A stretch of DNA of 60,822 bases, from assembly GCA_964630205.1 (NCBI GenBank), contig CAZVTM010000009.1, forward strand, positions 1-60,822, written 5' to 3'. The notes under the pieces were generated by a model. That model saw nothing but the letters and a program-made list of their open reading frames with translations, did not search any database and was not told the origin of the DNA. Made by a program: the position numbers and the translations under genes. Within the stretch, counting starts at the first letter, position 1; every line of letters starts with the position of its first letter. Below are positions 50,300 through 60,822 of the stretch, one piece after another. This DNA is from an uncultured Helicobacter sp. Its GTDB lineage: Bacteria; Campylobacterota; Campylobacteria; Campylobacterales; UBA6016.

Positions 50300-50608
50300 A
50301 TGTACGCAGTTATAAAAGCCGGCGGCAAGCAATACAAAGTAAGTGTCGGTGACGAAGTACTAGTTGACAAAATGGGCGTAGAAGCAAAAAGCGAAGTAGA
50401 ATTTAAAGAAGTTCTTATGGTAGGCTCAGACAAACTAGTAGTAGGTAATCCTTTCGTTGCAGGCGCAAAAGTTGTCGCAAAAGTGGTAAATGAAGGCAGA
50501 GGTAGAAAGGTAATAACTTTCAAAAAGAGAAGAAGAAAAGACTCTAAAGTAAAAAGAGGCTTTAGAAGAGACTTTACAAGAGTCGTAATCACGGCTATAG
50601 CCGCCTAA
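50300..50608 (+). CDS. rplU: 50S ribosomal protein L21
   Basis: [14 protein letters not shown]; start re-placed at ATG 50300. Confidence 0.97.
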   Translation: MYAVIKAGGKQYKVSVGDEVLVDKMGVEAKSEVEFKEVLMVGSDKLVVGNPFVAGAKVVAKVVNEGRGRKVITFKKRRRKDSKVKRGFRRDFTRVVITAIAA

Positions 50609-50628
50609 TAAAAGTAGGAGAATAAGAT

Positions 50629-50889
50629 ATGGCACACAAAAAAGGTCAGGGTAGCACCCAAAATAACCGCGACTCAGCCGGTAGACGTCTAGGTCTTAAA
50701 AAATCAGGCGGACAATTCTGTAGAGCTGGAAATATCCTTATTAGACAAAGAGGGACAAAAATCCATCCTGGTAAAAACGTAGGTATAGGCAAAGACCACA
50801 CTATATTTGCACTTATCGACGGAATAGTTACTTTCGAAAGAAAAGATAAAGATAGAAAAAAAGTTTCGGTATATCCGGCTGCTTCTTAA
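50629..50889 (+). CDS. rpmA: 50S ribosomal protein L27
   Basis: [16 protein letters not shown]. Confidence 0.98.
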   Translation: MAHKKGQGSTQNNRDSAGRRLGLKKSGGQFCRAGNILIRQRGTKIHPGKNVGIGKDHTIFALIDGIVTFERKDKDRKKVSVYPAAS

Positions 50890-50917
50890 TCTACCAATTT
50901 CTTCAAAAAAATAAAAT

Positions 50918-51967
50918 ATGTTCACAGATAGCGTCGTAATAACCGTAGCCTCAGGAAAAGGGGGCGCCGGTTCTACGGCATTCCACAGAGAAAAATTTAT
51001 ACTACAGGGCGGACCTTCCGGCGGTGACGGCGGCAGAGGCGGAAGTGTCTACTTTTATATAGACCCGAATGCGGATTCACTCTCAAAATATAGAGGCAAG
51101 CACCATCACAAAGCCAAAAACGGCGAACCGGGCGGCAATAGACAAATGCACGGCAAAAGCGGTGAAGACTTAACGCTTATCGTTCCGGTCGGTACACAGG
51201 TGTTAGATGCCGAAACCGGCGAGCTGCTTGTCGATTTGACGGAGCCAAACACTAAAGTTTTATTCCTGGAGGGCGGCAAGGGCGGTCTTGGAAATATGCA
51301 CTTTAAATCCTCGACAAACCAAAAACCGACATATGCGCAACCCGGTCTACCCGGCATAGAAAAAAGGGTAAAGCTAGAGCTCAAACTCATAGCTGATGTA
51401 GGGCTTGTCGGTTTCCCAAATGTGGGCAAATCTACTTTGATATCGGTTGTATCTGCGGCAAAACCTGAGATAGCCGATTACGAGTTCACCACCCTAAAGC
51501 CTAATCTCGGCGTTGTGGATATAGACGATTATAACTCTTTTGTTATCGCCGACATCCCTGGAATCATCGAGGGGGCTAGCGAGGGGCGAGGTCTCGGGCT
51601 AGAGTTTTTAAAGCATATAGAGAGAACCAAAGTATCCCTATACTGCCTTGACTGCGCTAGAGAGCAGAGCCTAGGTGAGCAGTTTGTAACGCTCAAAAAA
51701 GAGCTTAAGACATACTCTGACAAACTAAGCAAAAATAACTTCGCAATAGCGATAACAAAGATAGATGCCCTTGACACACAGGAAGTTAACATAAAAATTA
51801 ATCAGTTTATGTCCGAACTCGGCTTAAAATCCGACGGGGAAATAGACGGATTACCGTATTTTGAATCGGAAAATTCAAATCCTAGATTTATTATTCCTAT
51901 TTCATCAAGCGCACATCAAAACATTCAAAAGTTAAAATTTTCCCTTTTTAAAATCCTGAAAGGGTAG
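50918..51967 (+). CDS. obgE: GTPase ObgE/CgtA
   Basis: Gly-rich Obg fold, GFPNVGKS, DIPG, TKID. Confidence 0.96.
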   Translation: MFTDSVVITVASGKGGAGSTAFHREKFILQGGPSGGDGGRGGSVYFYIDPNADSLSKYRGKHHHKAKNGEPGGNRQMHGKSGEDLTLIVPVGTQVLDAETGELLVDLTEPNTKVLFLEGGKGGLGNMHFKSSTNQKPTYAQPGLPGIEKRVKLELKLIADVGLVGFPNVGKSTLISVVSAAKPEIADYEFTTLKPNLGVVDIDDYNSFVIADIPGIIEGASEGRGLGLEFLKHIERTKVSLYCLDCAREQSLGEQFVTLKKELKTYSDKLSKNNFAIAITKIDALDTQEVNIKINQFMSELGLKSDGEIDGLPYFESENSNPRFIIPISSSAHQNIQKLKFSLFKILKG

Positions 51968-51973
51968 CCACTT

Positions 51974-52741
51974 ATGCAAAAAGAGAAACTTGTCATAAAA
52001 GTTGGCTCTGCGGTACTTACCAAAGAGGGTAAGATTAGCGCAGAGCGAATACAAAACCTTGTGGAATTTTTAGCCGAACTGACATCAAAATATAAAGTCA
52101 TCCTTGTCACATCCGGCGCCATAGCTACAGGACACACTATACTTCCCAGTATATCCAACAAAACGACAGCCGGCAAGCAAGCCCTTGCAGCTCTCGGACA
52201 AGCGGCGTTAATTAATAAATACCAAAAAGAGTTCAAAAAATTTGACATAACGGTCGCTCAGATACTTTTGACCGCCGAAGATTTTGACTCAATCAAGCGC
52301 TCCGAAAATGCAAAAGCGGCGGTAAATACTCTTCTTGATAACAATATAGTGCCTATAATAAATGAAAACGACTCGGTTATCGTAGATGAAATTCTCAGAG
52401 GTGACAACGATCAGCTGTCCGCCCAAGTGGCTCACTATTTTGACGCCAAAATGCTCGTTATTCTCTCAGACATTAAGGGATATTTTGACAAAGACCCAAA
52501 CAAGCACGCAGATGCAAAACTGAGAAAAGTTGTATCGCACATAGACGAAAACGAGCTAAATGCCGATTACAATCCAAACGACGCCTTTGCAACAGGCGGA
52601 ATAGTCACCAAACTGAAAGCGGCAAACTTCCTACTCAATCACGACAGGCAGATGTTTTTGTCAAGCGGCTTTGATCTGAAGGCGGCAAAAGAATTTTTGA
52701 TGGACGGTATCCAAAACGAAGGGACTCTATTTTCAAAATGA
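51974..52741 (+). CDS. proB: Glutamate 5-kinase (no PUA domain)
   Basis: VIKVGS, TSGA, NEND, GDND, TGG..TK motifs. Confidence 0.95.
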   Translation: MQKEKLVIKVGSAVLTKEGKISAERIQNLVEFLAELTSKYKVILVTSGAIATGHTILPSISNKTTAGKQALAALGQAALINKYQKEFKKFDITVAQILLTAEDFDSIKRSENAKAAVNTLLDNNIVPIINENDSVIVDEILRGDNDQLSAQVAHYFDAKMLVILSDIKGYFDKDPNKHADAKLRKVVSHIDENELNADYNPNDAFATGGIVTKLKAANFLLNHDRQMFLSSGFDLKAAKEFLMDGIQNEGTLFSK

Positions 52742-53646
52742 GAAAAAATATAGTTTTTATGGGAAGTGCGGACTTTTCTAGTATCATTTTGGAATCACTC
52801 GTAACAGATGAGAGATTTAACGTTTTGGCTCTCTTTACGCAGCCGGACAAACCTGTAGGGCGAAAACAGATAATGACTCCACCGGATACAGCTATTTGTG
52901 CCAAAAGATTCAATATTCCAACCTTTCAGCCTTCAAAAATATCAGAATGTACAGAGCAGATAAGGGCGATGAAACCTGATTTTATCGTAGTTGCTGCGTA
53001 CGGCCAAATCCTAAAACAAGAGCTTTTAGATATTGCCCCTTGCATCAATCTTCATACTTCATTTTTGCCTCGCAACAGAGGTGCGGCGGCGCTTCAGACA
53101 CACATTCTTGAAAACGATGATTATGCCGGAGTAACCGCTATTTGGATGGATAAGGGGCTCGATACGGGCGATATACTTGGAAGCTTATTTTTTAGACCGC
53201 AAGGGTGTGTAAAGTTCAACTGCCTACTAAAGCACCTTGGGTACCAAGCTGCAAATCTGACCAAAAGCGTCATTTTAGAATTTGAAAATATCAAACCGCT
53301 ACATCAGATAAATGCCGACGCAAGTTATGCCGAAAAACTCTCAAAAGAGGATGGTGAGATAGATTTTAGCTCGGCCAAAAAAGCTTACAAAAAGTTTTTA
53401 GCCTATTATCCATGGCCAGGCATCTACTTATCCTCTGGGCTCAAGATTAAAGAAGCGACAATGAACGAGCTTGGCTCGTCAAACGACGGCGGGAAAATAC
53501 TTGAAATCGGCGAAGACGATATAACCGTTGGCTTCGAAAAAGGCTCACTCAAAATATCAAGAGTGCAAGCCCCCACTAAAAATGAGGTCTCGGCAATAGA
53601 ATACATCAGAGGCAAAAGGCTAAATATTGGAGATACTCTGGTTTGA
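52738..53646 (+). CDS. fmt: Methionyl-tRNA formyltransferase
   Basis: VFMGS, TQPDKPVGR, VAAYGQI, NLH, DTGD; conserved position. Confidence 0.9.
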   Translation: MRKNIVFMGSADFSSIILESLVTDERFNVLALFTQPDKPVGRKQIMTPPDTAICAKRFNIPTFQPSKISECTEQIRAMKPDFIVVAAYGQILKQELLDIAPCINLHTSFLPRNRGAAALQTHILENDDYAGVTAIWMDKGLDTGDILGSLFFRPQGCVKFNCLLKHLGYQAANLTKSVILEFENIKPLHQINADASYAEKLSKEDGEIDFSSAKKAYKKFLAYYPWPGIYLSSGLKIKEATMNELGSSNDGGKILEIGEDDITVGFEKGSLKISRVQAPTKNEVSAIEYIRGKRLNIGDTLV

Positions 53647-54262
53647 CGAGCTTGGCTCTACTCAAAATTATTTAACGGAGCAGATAAAAAGCGGCTCCCT
53701 AAAAGCCCCTATATGCATAGCAGCCCATACGCAGACGAACGGCATAGGTTCGCGCCTCAATAAATGGGTTCAACAAGAGGAAGCTTTGTTGTTCTCTTTT
53801 GCGATACCAATCGCATTATTACCGCATGATTTAAAGATAGAATCAGCGTCAATATATTTTATGTACATACTAAAAAGTTTGCTTGCCGAAAAAGGGTCTA
53901 TGTGTTGGTTTAAATGGCCAAATGACATATATTTAGAAGATAAAAAAATGGCCGGGGCGATAACCTCGTTTTTAAAAGAACAAAATGTTCTCATTTGCGG
54001 CATAGGTGTCAATATTTTAGCGTCAAAAGAATATGGAAAATGCGATATCAAAACAGACAAAAAAAACCTTCTTTACGAGTATCTGTCTGTATTTCAGGCT
54101 CCCCCGAACTGGAAGGATATTTTTATAAATTTTGAAGTAGAATTTTTAAAAACGAGAGAGAAGATGCTACTATTAGGTAGCCTAAAAAGCCACGAAAATG
54201 TCACTCTAAATAGTGACGGATCTCTTTGTATAGATAATAAAAAGGTATATAGTTTAAGATGA
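53627..54262 (+). CDS. birA: Biotin--protein ligase (class I)
   Basis: [21 protein letters not shown] motifs. Confidence 0.9.
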   Translation: MEILWFDELGSTQNYLTEQIKSGSLKAPICIAAHTQTNGIGSRLNKWVQQEEALLFSFAIPIALLPHDLKIESASIYFMYILKSLLAEKGSMCWFKWPNDIYLEDKKMAGAITSFLKEQNVLICGIGVNILASKEYGKCDIKTDKKNLLYEYLSVFQAPPNWKDIFINFEVEFLKTREKMLLLGSLKSHENVTLNSDGSLCIDNKKVYSLR

Positions 54263-55074
54263 GCGAAATAATTGCTATAGCAAATCAAAAAGGCGGCGTC
54301 GGCAAAACAACTACGGCCGTCAATCTGGCCGCATCGCTAGCAGTAGCGGAAAAAAAAGTACTTCTCATCGATGCCGACCCTCAGGCAAACGCCACGACAA
54401 ACCTGGGGATTCATAGAAATAGCTTTGAATACAATATATATCACGCCTTTATCGACTCAAAAAAACTTTCCGAAGTAATACTTGATACAAATTTGCCGCA
54501 TCTACATCTAGTCCCTTCAAATATCGGTCTCGTTGGAATAGAAAAAGAGTTGCACGATAAAAAAATACAAAATAGAGAGCTAATACTAAAAGGGCTAATC
54601 GCGGAAATAGAGAGCAAATACGACTATATCGTGATAGACTCTCCTCCTGCCCTAGGAACTACAACCGTAAACATACTATCGGCAGCAAACTCGCTCATCA
54701 TACCTATTCAATGCGAATTTTTTGCGTTAGAGGGTCTTGCCCAATTACTAAATACTGTTAAAATAGTCCAAAAAACAATAAATCCAAAACTAAGAATAAA
54801 GGGCTTTTTGCCAACAATGTACAGTACGCAAAACAACCTTTCCAAGCAAGTATTTTTGGATCTCAAAAGACATTTCGTAGATAGGTTGTTTAAAAATTCT
54901 GCCGAAGCGGAAAGCAACGATGAGACATCATCCTATATCGTTATCCCTAGAAATGTTCGCTTGGCAGAATCGCCAAGCTTTGGAAAGCCTGTTATCCTTT
55001 ATGATGCGAAATCGCCTGGCTCGCTCGCTTACCAAGAGCTTGCATGCTGCCTGCTAAAGGAAGCAAATGTCTAA
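54259..55074 (+). CDS. parA: Chromosome partitioning ATPase ParA/Soj
   Basis: [29 protein letters not shown] motifs. Confidence 0.96.
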   Translation: MSEIIAIANQKGGVGKTTTAVNLAASLAVAEKKVLLIDADPQANATTNLGIHRNSFEYNIYHAFIDSKKLSEVILDTNLPHLHLVPSNIGLVGIEKELHDKKIQNRELILKGLIAEIESKYDYIVIDSPPALGTTTVNILSAANSLIIPIQCEFFALEGLAQLLNTVKIVQKTINPKLRIKGFLPTMYSTQNNLSKQVFLDLKRHFVDRLFKNSAEAESNDETSSYIVIPRNVRLAESPSFGKPVILYDAKSPGSLAYQELACCLLKEANV

Positions 55075-55915
55075 GACGTCTGGATTAGGAAGAGGACTTG
55101 GTGCGATTCTCGAAGAGGTAGAAGAGGCATACAAGCAAAATAGTGGTTCTAGCGAATTTGTCAAAGAGATAGAGCTTGAAGAGATAATCGTAAATCCTTT
55201 TCAGCCAAGAAAACAGTTTGATCCGGAATCAATAGCAGAACTTAGCGAATCAATCAAACGACACGGGCTATTGCAACCAGTCGTAGTCATCAGAAGCAAC
55301 GATAAATTTATGCTAATAGCCGGGGAGAGAAGGCTTAGAGCAACAAAGCTAGCCGGCATAGAGAAGATAAAAGCGATAGTCGCCGATATCGATAAAGACA
55401 GAATAAGGGAGCTCGCCCTTATAGAGAACATCCAAAGAGAAAACCTTAATGCGATAGAGCTAGCGATAAGTCTAAAAGAGCTTATTGAGGAGCATGATTT
55501 AACGCATGAAGAGCTATCCGATATTGTCAAAAAAAGCAGAAGCTTTATAACCAATACACTTAGACTATTGCAACTTGACGACTACGTAAAAAATAGATTG
55601 ATGCAAAACAAAATCACCCACGGTCATGCAAAAGTATTAGTTGGTCTGAGCGCAGATGAACAAAAAAAGATAACAGACTCTATAGTGGGGCAAAAACTGA
55701 GCGTCAGAGATACCGAAGAGCTTGTTTCAAAAATGAAAGAACCTGCCAAGTCTTCAAAAAAGACAACTTCTTCGATAGCAAAAATGGAGCTTGCGAAACT
55801 TATATCTACTCTAAATGAATCTTATGGGCTTAAAACAAGAAAAACGGCTTCGTCCATAACGATTCAATTTGAATGCCAAGAGCAAATCGAATCACTGCTA
55901 AAAAGCCTAAAATAG
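55067..55915 (+). CDS. parB: Chromosome partitioning protein ParB/Spo0J
   Basis: GLGRGL, NPFQPR, AGERR, ENIQRE, HTH. Confidence 0.96.
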   Translation: MSKTSGLGRGLGAILEEVEEAYKQNSGSSEFVKEIELEEIIVNPFQPRKQFDPESIAELSESIKRHGLLQPVVVIRSNDKFMLIAGERRLRATKLAGIEKIKAIVADIDKDRIRELALIENIQRENLNAIELAISLKELIEEHDLTHEELSDIVKKSRSFITNTLRLLQLDDYVKNRLMQNKITHGHAKVLVGLSADEQKKITDSIVGQKLSVRDTEELVSKMKEPAKSSKKTTSSIAKMELAKLISTLNESYGLKTRKTASSITIQFECQEQIESLLKSLK

Positions 55916-55955
55916 AATCAGGGCTATTTTTAATCACGCATTTTTAGCTTGCGTG

Positions 55956-55964
55956 TGATAAAAT
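55956..55964 (+). promoter_or_regulatory. Extended -10 promoter of the atp operon
   Basis: TGATAAAAT upstream of an AAGGAG RBS and atpF'. Confidence 0.55.
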
Positions 55965-55995
55965 CCTAAGTCACTACAAAAAGGAGTGCTTTTAT

Positions 55996-56415
55996 ATGCT
56001 AGACATTCAGCCTAGCCTACTCGTGTTTGAAATTATTACATTTTTGGCACTAGTAGCTATCTTAAATCAGATTCTTTACAAACCGATGCTTAGCTTCATA
56101 GAAGAGAGAAATTCGAATCTAAAAGCCGACGCGGGTCTCGCCGATGCACAAGAAAGCGAGAAAGAAGCCATTATGGCGGAAGCAAACAGGTTGCTTGCCG
56201 ACGCAAAAGCAGAGGCTGCAAAAATAAGGCATGAAGCCATAACTGCCGCAAAAGCCGAAGCTGAAGGCAAAATCAATGCCGTCAAAGATCGCGCAAAAAC
56301 GGAAATATCCAATTACTCCAATGAGTTAGTTGCTCAGGAGGCCGAGCTTAAATCCGCAATAATCTCCAATGCGGAAAGCTATAAACAAAGCTTGGCAAAA
56401 GCCCTAAAAACATAA
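55996..56415 (+). CDS. F0F1 ATP synthase subunit b'
   Basis: N-terminal TM, LYKP..F..ER, Ala-rich coiled coil; first gene of the atp cluster. Confidence 0.88.
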   Translation: MLDIQPSLLVFEIITFLALVAILNQILYKPMLSFIEERNSNLKADAGLADAQESEKEAIMAEANRLLADAKAEAAKIRHEAITAAKAEAEGKINAVKDRAKTEISNYSNELVAQEAELKSAIISNAESYKQSLAKALKT

Positions 56416-56427
56416 GAAAGGTTGCAG

Positions 56428-56946
56428 ATGAGTATGGTCAAAGTAGCATCCGCATTGCTTGTTGGATCGGTAGCACTTTTTGCTTCTGATGCAGGGCATG
56501 CACAAACAGACATATTGCCTAGAACGGTCAACTTTCTTATTTTTGCAGCACTTGCCTATTATCTATTGGCAGAAAAGCTAGAAGGCTTTTTTGCCGGCAG
56601 ATCCGCTTCTATAGCAAAAGCTTACGAAGATGCGGAAAATAAGATCAAAGAAGCAAACGCTGCTTTGAACGAGGCAAAAGCAAAAAAAGACGAGGCGTCC
56701 AAACTTGCGAGCGAACTTATAGCTTCAGCAAAAACAGACGCGGTAGTTCAGGCGAAAAAAATAGCCGAACATGCTGACGAAGAGATAGCCAGAATACAAA
56801 AATCGGCAGAAGAAGAAAAAGCTATGCTGAGAAAAAAAGCTATCATCGATGCAGTAGAAGGTGCAATGGGCGAAATAGTCGACAAAGAAGGTTTCGGCGT
56901 CGATGAAAAAGATTTTGCGAAAATCATTGCAAAAAGGGTTGCCTAA
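56428..56946 (+). CDS. atpF: F0F1 ATP synthase subunit b
   Basis: DILPRTVNFLIF TM plus coiled coil; start ATG 56428 or 56434 uncertain. Confidence 0.88.
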   Translation: MSMVKVASALLVGSVALFASDAGHAQTDILPRTVNFLIFAALAYYLLAEKLEGFFAGRSASIAKAYEDAENKIKEANAALNEAKAKKDEASKLASELIASAKTDAVVQAKKIAEHADEEIARIQKSAEEEKAMLRKKAIIDAVEGAMGEIVDKEGFGVDEKDFAKIIAKRVA

Positions 56947-57494
56947 TGGTTTCATCAATATCTAAAAAATATACTAGAGCCCTAATAGGCTCGCTTAGCA
57001 ATGACGAGCTTCAAAAAAGCTACGAATCGCTAAGCAAAATAAGTAGCGCTATCAAGCTATCAAAATTTCAAGATATTATAGGTTCAAAAGAAGTTTCTTT
57101 AGAACAAAAAGCGGCTCTAATTGCCGAAATATCAGGAAACAATGAAGCAAAACTGAAAAACTTTATCGAACTACTTCTAAAAGCAAAAAGAGTTGAAATA
57201 ATTCCAGCTGTTGCCGAAGAGATTAGAGAGTTTTTGGCGGCAAAATCAGGCAAAGCTGCCGGAACCGTAACCGCCTCTTTTGATGTCGACAATGCCGATA
57301 TGCAAGAAATTGCAAAGGTTCTCGGCTCAAAACTACAAAGAGAGATCGAACTATCTTTCACAAAAACAGATACCGCTCATTTCAACGGTATCAAAGTTGA
57401 GATAGAAGACCTCGGTGTAGAGGTTGAAATTAACAAAGACGCGCTAAAAAAATCTGTTATCGCGCACATTTTAAATACAACTAAAATCTTTTGA
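56946..57494 (+). CDS. atpH: ATP synthase subunit delta
   Basis: SKKYTRAL N-terminus; position between atpF and atpA. Confidence 0.88.
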   Translation: MVSSISKKYTRALIGSLSNDELQKSYESLSKISSAIKLSKFQDIIGSKEVSLEQKAALIAEISGNNEAKLKNFIELLLKAKRVEIIPAVAEEIREFLAAKSGKAAGTVTASFDVDNADMQEIAKVLGSKLQREIELSFTKTDTAHFNGIKVEIEDLGVEVEINKDALKKSVIAHILNTTKIF

Positions 57495-57505
57495 AAGGGG
57501 ACACG

Positions 57506-59032
57506 GTGAGCACTAAAATAAATGCTGACGAAATTAGCTCAATAATCAAAGAAAGAATTGAAAACTTTGAGCTAAAAGTAGATATTAACGAAACCGGCAA
57601 AGTAATCAGTATCGGTGACGGTATTGCTAAAGTTTACGGTCTAAAAAATGTTATGGCCGGAGAAATGGTCGAGTTTGAAAACGGAGAAAAAGGTCTTGCT
57701 CAAAACCTTGAAGAATCAACAGTAGGTGTTGTTGTTCTAGGTAAAGGCAAAGGAATCGTTGAAAACACTACGGTAAAAAGACTAGGCAAACTTCTAAAAG
57801 TTCCTGTCGGCGAAGCAATGGTAGGAAGGGTTGTAAACGCTCTTGGCGAACCAATCGACGGCAAAGGACCGATAGCTGCTACTGAGACAAGATTTGTTGA
57901 AGAAAAAGCTCTAGGTATTATGGCTAGAAAATCTGTTCACGAGCCTCTTCAAACAGGTATCAAAGCAATCGACGCGCTTGTGCCAATCGGCAGGGGTCAA
58001 AGAGAGCTTATCATCGGCGACAGACAAACAGGCAAAAGTACGATTGCCCTTGACACTATCATCAATCAAAAAGGTCAAGGCGTATATTGTATATATGTTG
58101 CTATCGGCCAAAAACAATCGACTGTTGCTCAAGTAGTTAAAACTCTTGAAGAACACGGTGCTATGGAATATACGACTGTTGTTGCTGCTACTGCGTCTGA
58201 GAGTGCGGCTCTTCAATTCCTTGCTCCATACTGCGGTGTCACAATCGGCGAATACTTTAGAGACAATGCAAAACACGGCCTTATCGTATATGATGACCTT
58301 TCAAAACATGCGGTAGCCTACAGAGAGATGTCACTACTTCTTAGAAGACCTCCGGGCAGGGAAGCTTACCCTGGTGACGTATTCTACGTTCACTCAAGAC
58401 TTCTTGAAAGAGCTGCAAAAGTTAACGACGAACTTGGCGCAGGAAGCCTTACTGCCCTACCAATCATCGAAACTCAAGCTGGCGACGTATCTGCATATAT
58501 CCCGACAAACGTAATTTCGATTACCGACGGTCAGATATTCCTTGAAACAGACCTATTCAACGCAGGTGTTAGACCAGCGATTAACGTAGGTATCTCAGTT
58601 TCTAGGGTTGGTGGTGCCGCTCAAATTAAAGCGACAAAACAAGTTGCTGGTACACTAAGACTTGACCTTGCACAATTTAGAGAGCTTCAAGCGTTTGCTC
58701 AATTTGCTTCTGACCTCGATGAAGTAAGTAGAAACCAACTTGAAAGAGGTCTTAGAATGGTTGAGGTTCTAAAACAAGGACCTTACGCACCTATCGCTAT
58801 CGAAAAACAAGTTTGTCTAATATTTGCAGGTAACGCCGGATATCTTGACGACATGAATCCGAAAGAGATAACGACTTACGAAGCTGAACTTTATGAATTT
58901 ATCGACTCTAAATATCCTCAAATATTCGAAGATATTAGAGCTAAAAAACAAATCGACAAAGAGAACGAAGAAGTTCTTAGAAAAGCGCTTGATGAGTTTA
59001 AGGTAATTTTTTCGTCAACAGCTAAGAAATAA
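57506..59032 (+). CDS. atpA: ATP synthase subunit alpha
   Basis: [23 protein letters not shown] motifs; GTG 57506 start after an AAGGGG RBS. Confidence 0.98.
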   Translation: MSTKINADEISSIIKERIENFELKVDINETGKVISIGDGIAKVYGLKNVMAGEMVEFENGEKGLAQNLEESTVGVVVLGKGKGIVENTTVKRLGKLLKVPVGEAMVGRVVNALGEPIDGKGPIAATETRFVEEKALGIMARKSVHEPLQTGIKAIDALVPIGRGQRELIIGDRQTGKSTIALDTIINQKGQGVYCIYVAIGQKQSTVAQVVKTLEEHGAMEYTTVVAATASESAALQFLAPYCGVTIGEYFRDNAKHGLIVYDDLSKHAVAYREMSLLLRRPPGREAYPGDVFYVHSRLLERAAKVNDELGAGSLTALPIIETQAGDVSAYIPTNVISITDGQIFLETDLFNAGVRPAINVGISVSRVGGAAQIKATKQVAGTLRLDLAQFRELQAFAQFASDLDEVSRNQLERGLRMVEVLKQGPYAPIAIEKQVCLIFAGNAGYLDDMNPKEITTYEAELYEFIDSKYPQIFEDIRAKKQIDKENEEVLRKALDEFKVIFSSTAKK

Positions 59033-59048
59033 GTAAAGAGACAAAAAA

Positions 59049-59939
59049 ATGGCTAACCTAAAAAACATTCAGCGCAAAATCAAAAGCGTTCAAAACACGG
59101 GCAAGATAACCAAAGCGATGAAGCTTGTCTCCACGGCTAAACTAAAAAGAGCCGAGGAGCTAGCCAAAGCTTCTAGAGAATATGCTTCGAAATTGAATGA
59201 AGTTTTGTCAAACATAGCCTGCAATGTCAATAAATACGATATTAGCGGTTTTGGATACGATGCAAGACTGTTCAAAAAAAATGAGGATGAAAAGGTTGTC
59301 GATTTGATTTTTATCACTTCCGACAAAGGTCTTTGCGGCGGTTTTAACGCACAAACGATCAAAGCCGTAAAAAATCTATATTCGAAGCTAAAAAACGAAG
59401 GCAAAACTGTAAGAATAAGAGGTATAGGCCGTAAAGGTATCGACAACCTCAGATTCAACCAGATTGAGCTAGCCGAATCAAACATAGGCGTATCCGGGGC
59501 TCCTTCTTACGAAAAAGCCCAAAAGATAATCGAAAAAGCTTTTGTCGACTTCGCAGAAGGCAAAACGGACAGAGTCGTTATTATTTATAACGGATTTAAA
59601 AGCATGATAGCTCAGGAGATAAGAGAGATAGATCTCCTCCCTGTTGATTTGGAAAACGCGGGCAACAACTCGTGCGAGTCAATCATTTCAACAGAGCCGG
59701 ATGACAGCAAAGTTATTTTGGATTCTTTGATGCAAAAATACATCGAATTCAATCTATACTATTCACTTATCGACTCTCTAGCGGCTGAACATGCATCCAG
59801 AGTTCAGGCTATGGATGCGGCAAACAGAAACGCAAAAGAGATGGCTAACAACTTGACTGTTCAATATAACAAAGCAAGACAAGAATCAATTACGACAGAG
59901 CTAACAGAAATTATCAGCGGTATGGAATCGCTTAAATAA
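59049..59939 (+). CDS. atpG: ATP synthase subunit gamma
   Basis: ITKAMKLVS, DKGLCGGFN, ARQESITTEL motifs. Confidence 0.97.
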   Translation: MANLKNIQRKIKSVQNTGKITKAMKLVSTAKLKRAEELAKASREYASKLNEVLSNIACNVNKYDISGFGYDARLFKKNEDEKVVDLIFITSDKGLCGGFNAQTIKAVKNLYSKLKNEGKTVRIRGIGRKGIDNLRFNQIELAESNIGVSGAPSYEKAQKIIEKAFVDFAEGKTDRVVIIYNGFKSMIAQEIREIDLLPVDLENAGNNSCESIISTEPDDSKVILDSLMQKYIEFNLYYSLIDSLAAEHASRVQAMDAANRNAKEMANNLTVQYNKARQESITTELTEIISGMESLK

Positions 59940-59953
59940 TAAAGGAGATATGA

Positions 59954-60822
<869 letters not shown>

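Noticed and set aside
54890-54935. Short acidic loop in ParA containing GCCGAAGCGGAAAGC, resembling the 36-bp element
   Set aside because: Similarity is limited to a few bases, there is no palindrome, and it is explained by Ala-Glu codons in a likely variable loop

Overview
Chromosomal window of a Campylobacterota (epsilonproteobacterial) bacterium, judged from gene content and order (hsrA, fapA-murJ-cysS-msbA, rplU-rpmA-obgE-proB-fmt-birA-parAB-atpF'FHAGD). The first 7.2 kb is accessory. It holds an apparently intact type V-A CRISPR-Cas locus (cas12a ~1203 aa, cas4, cas1, cas2, leader, and the start of an array with 36-bp repeats that runs off the window edge). Next to it is a 1341-bp IS3-family element that truncates a yaiI/yqxD-like gene, has no target-site duplication, and carries a nonsense codon plus a 36-bp palindromic in-frame insertion in its transposase. 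This layout suggests IS-mediated mobilisation or rearrangement of the Cas12a locus. The remaining ~53 kb is core genome with a few oddities: an lptC missed by the ORF track because of an in-frame TAG, a CtpA-like Cys-phosphatase coupled to msbA, tandem FapA/DUF342 paralogs, a doubly disrupted REC-like/PilZ gene, and a near-canonical CIRCE with a perfect sigma70 promoter before hrcA-grpE-dnaK. Family calls come from motif recognition only; no searches were run.
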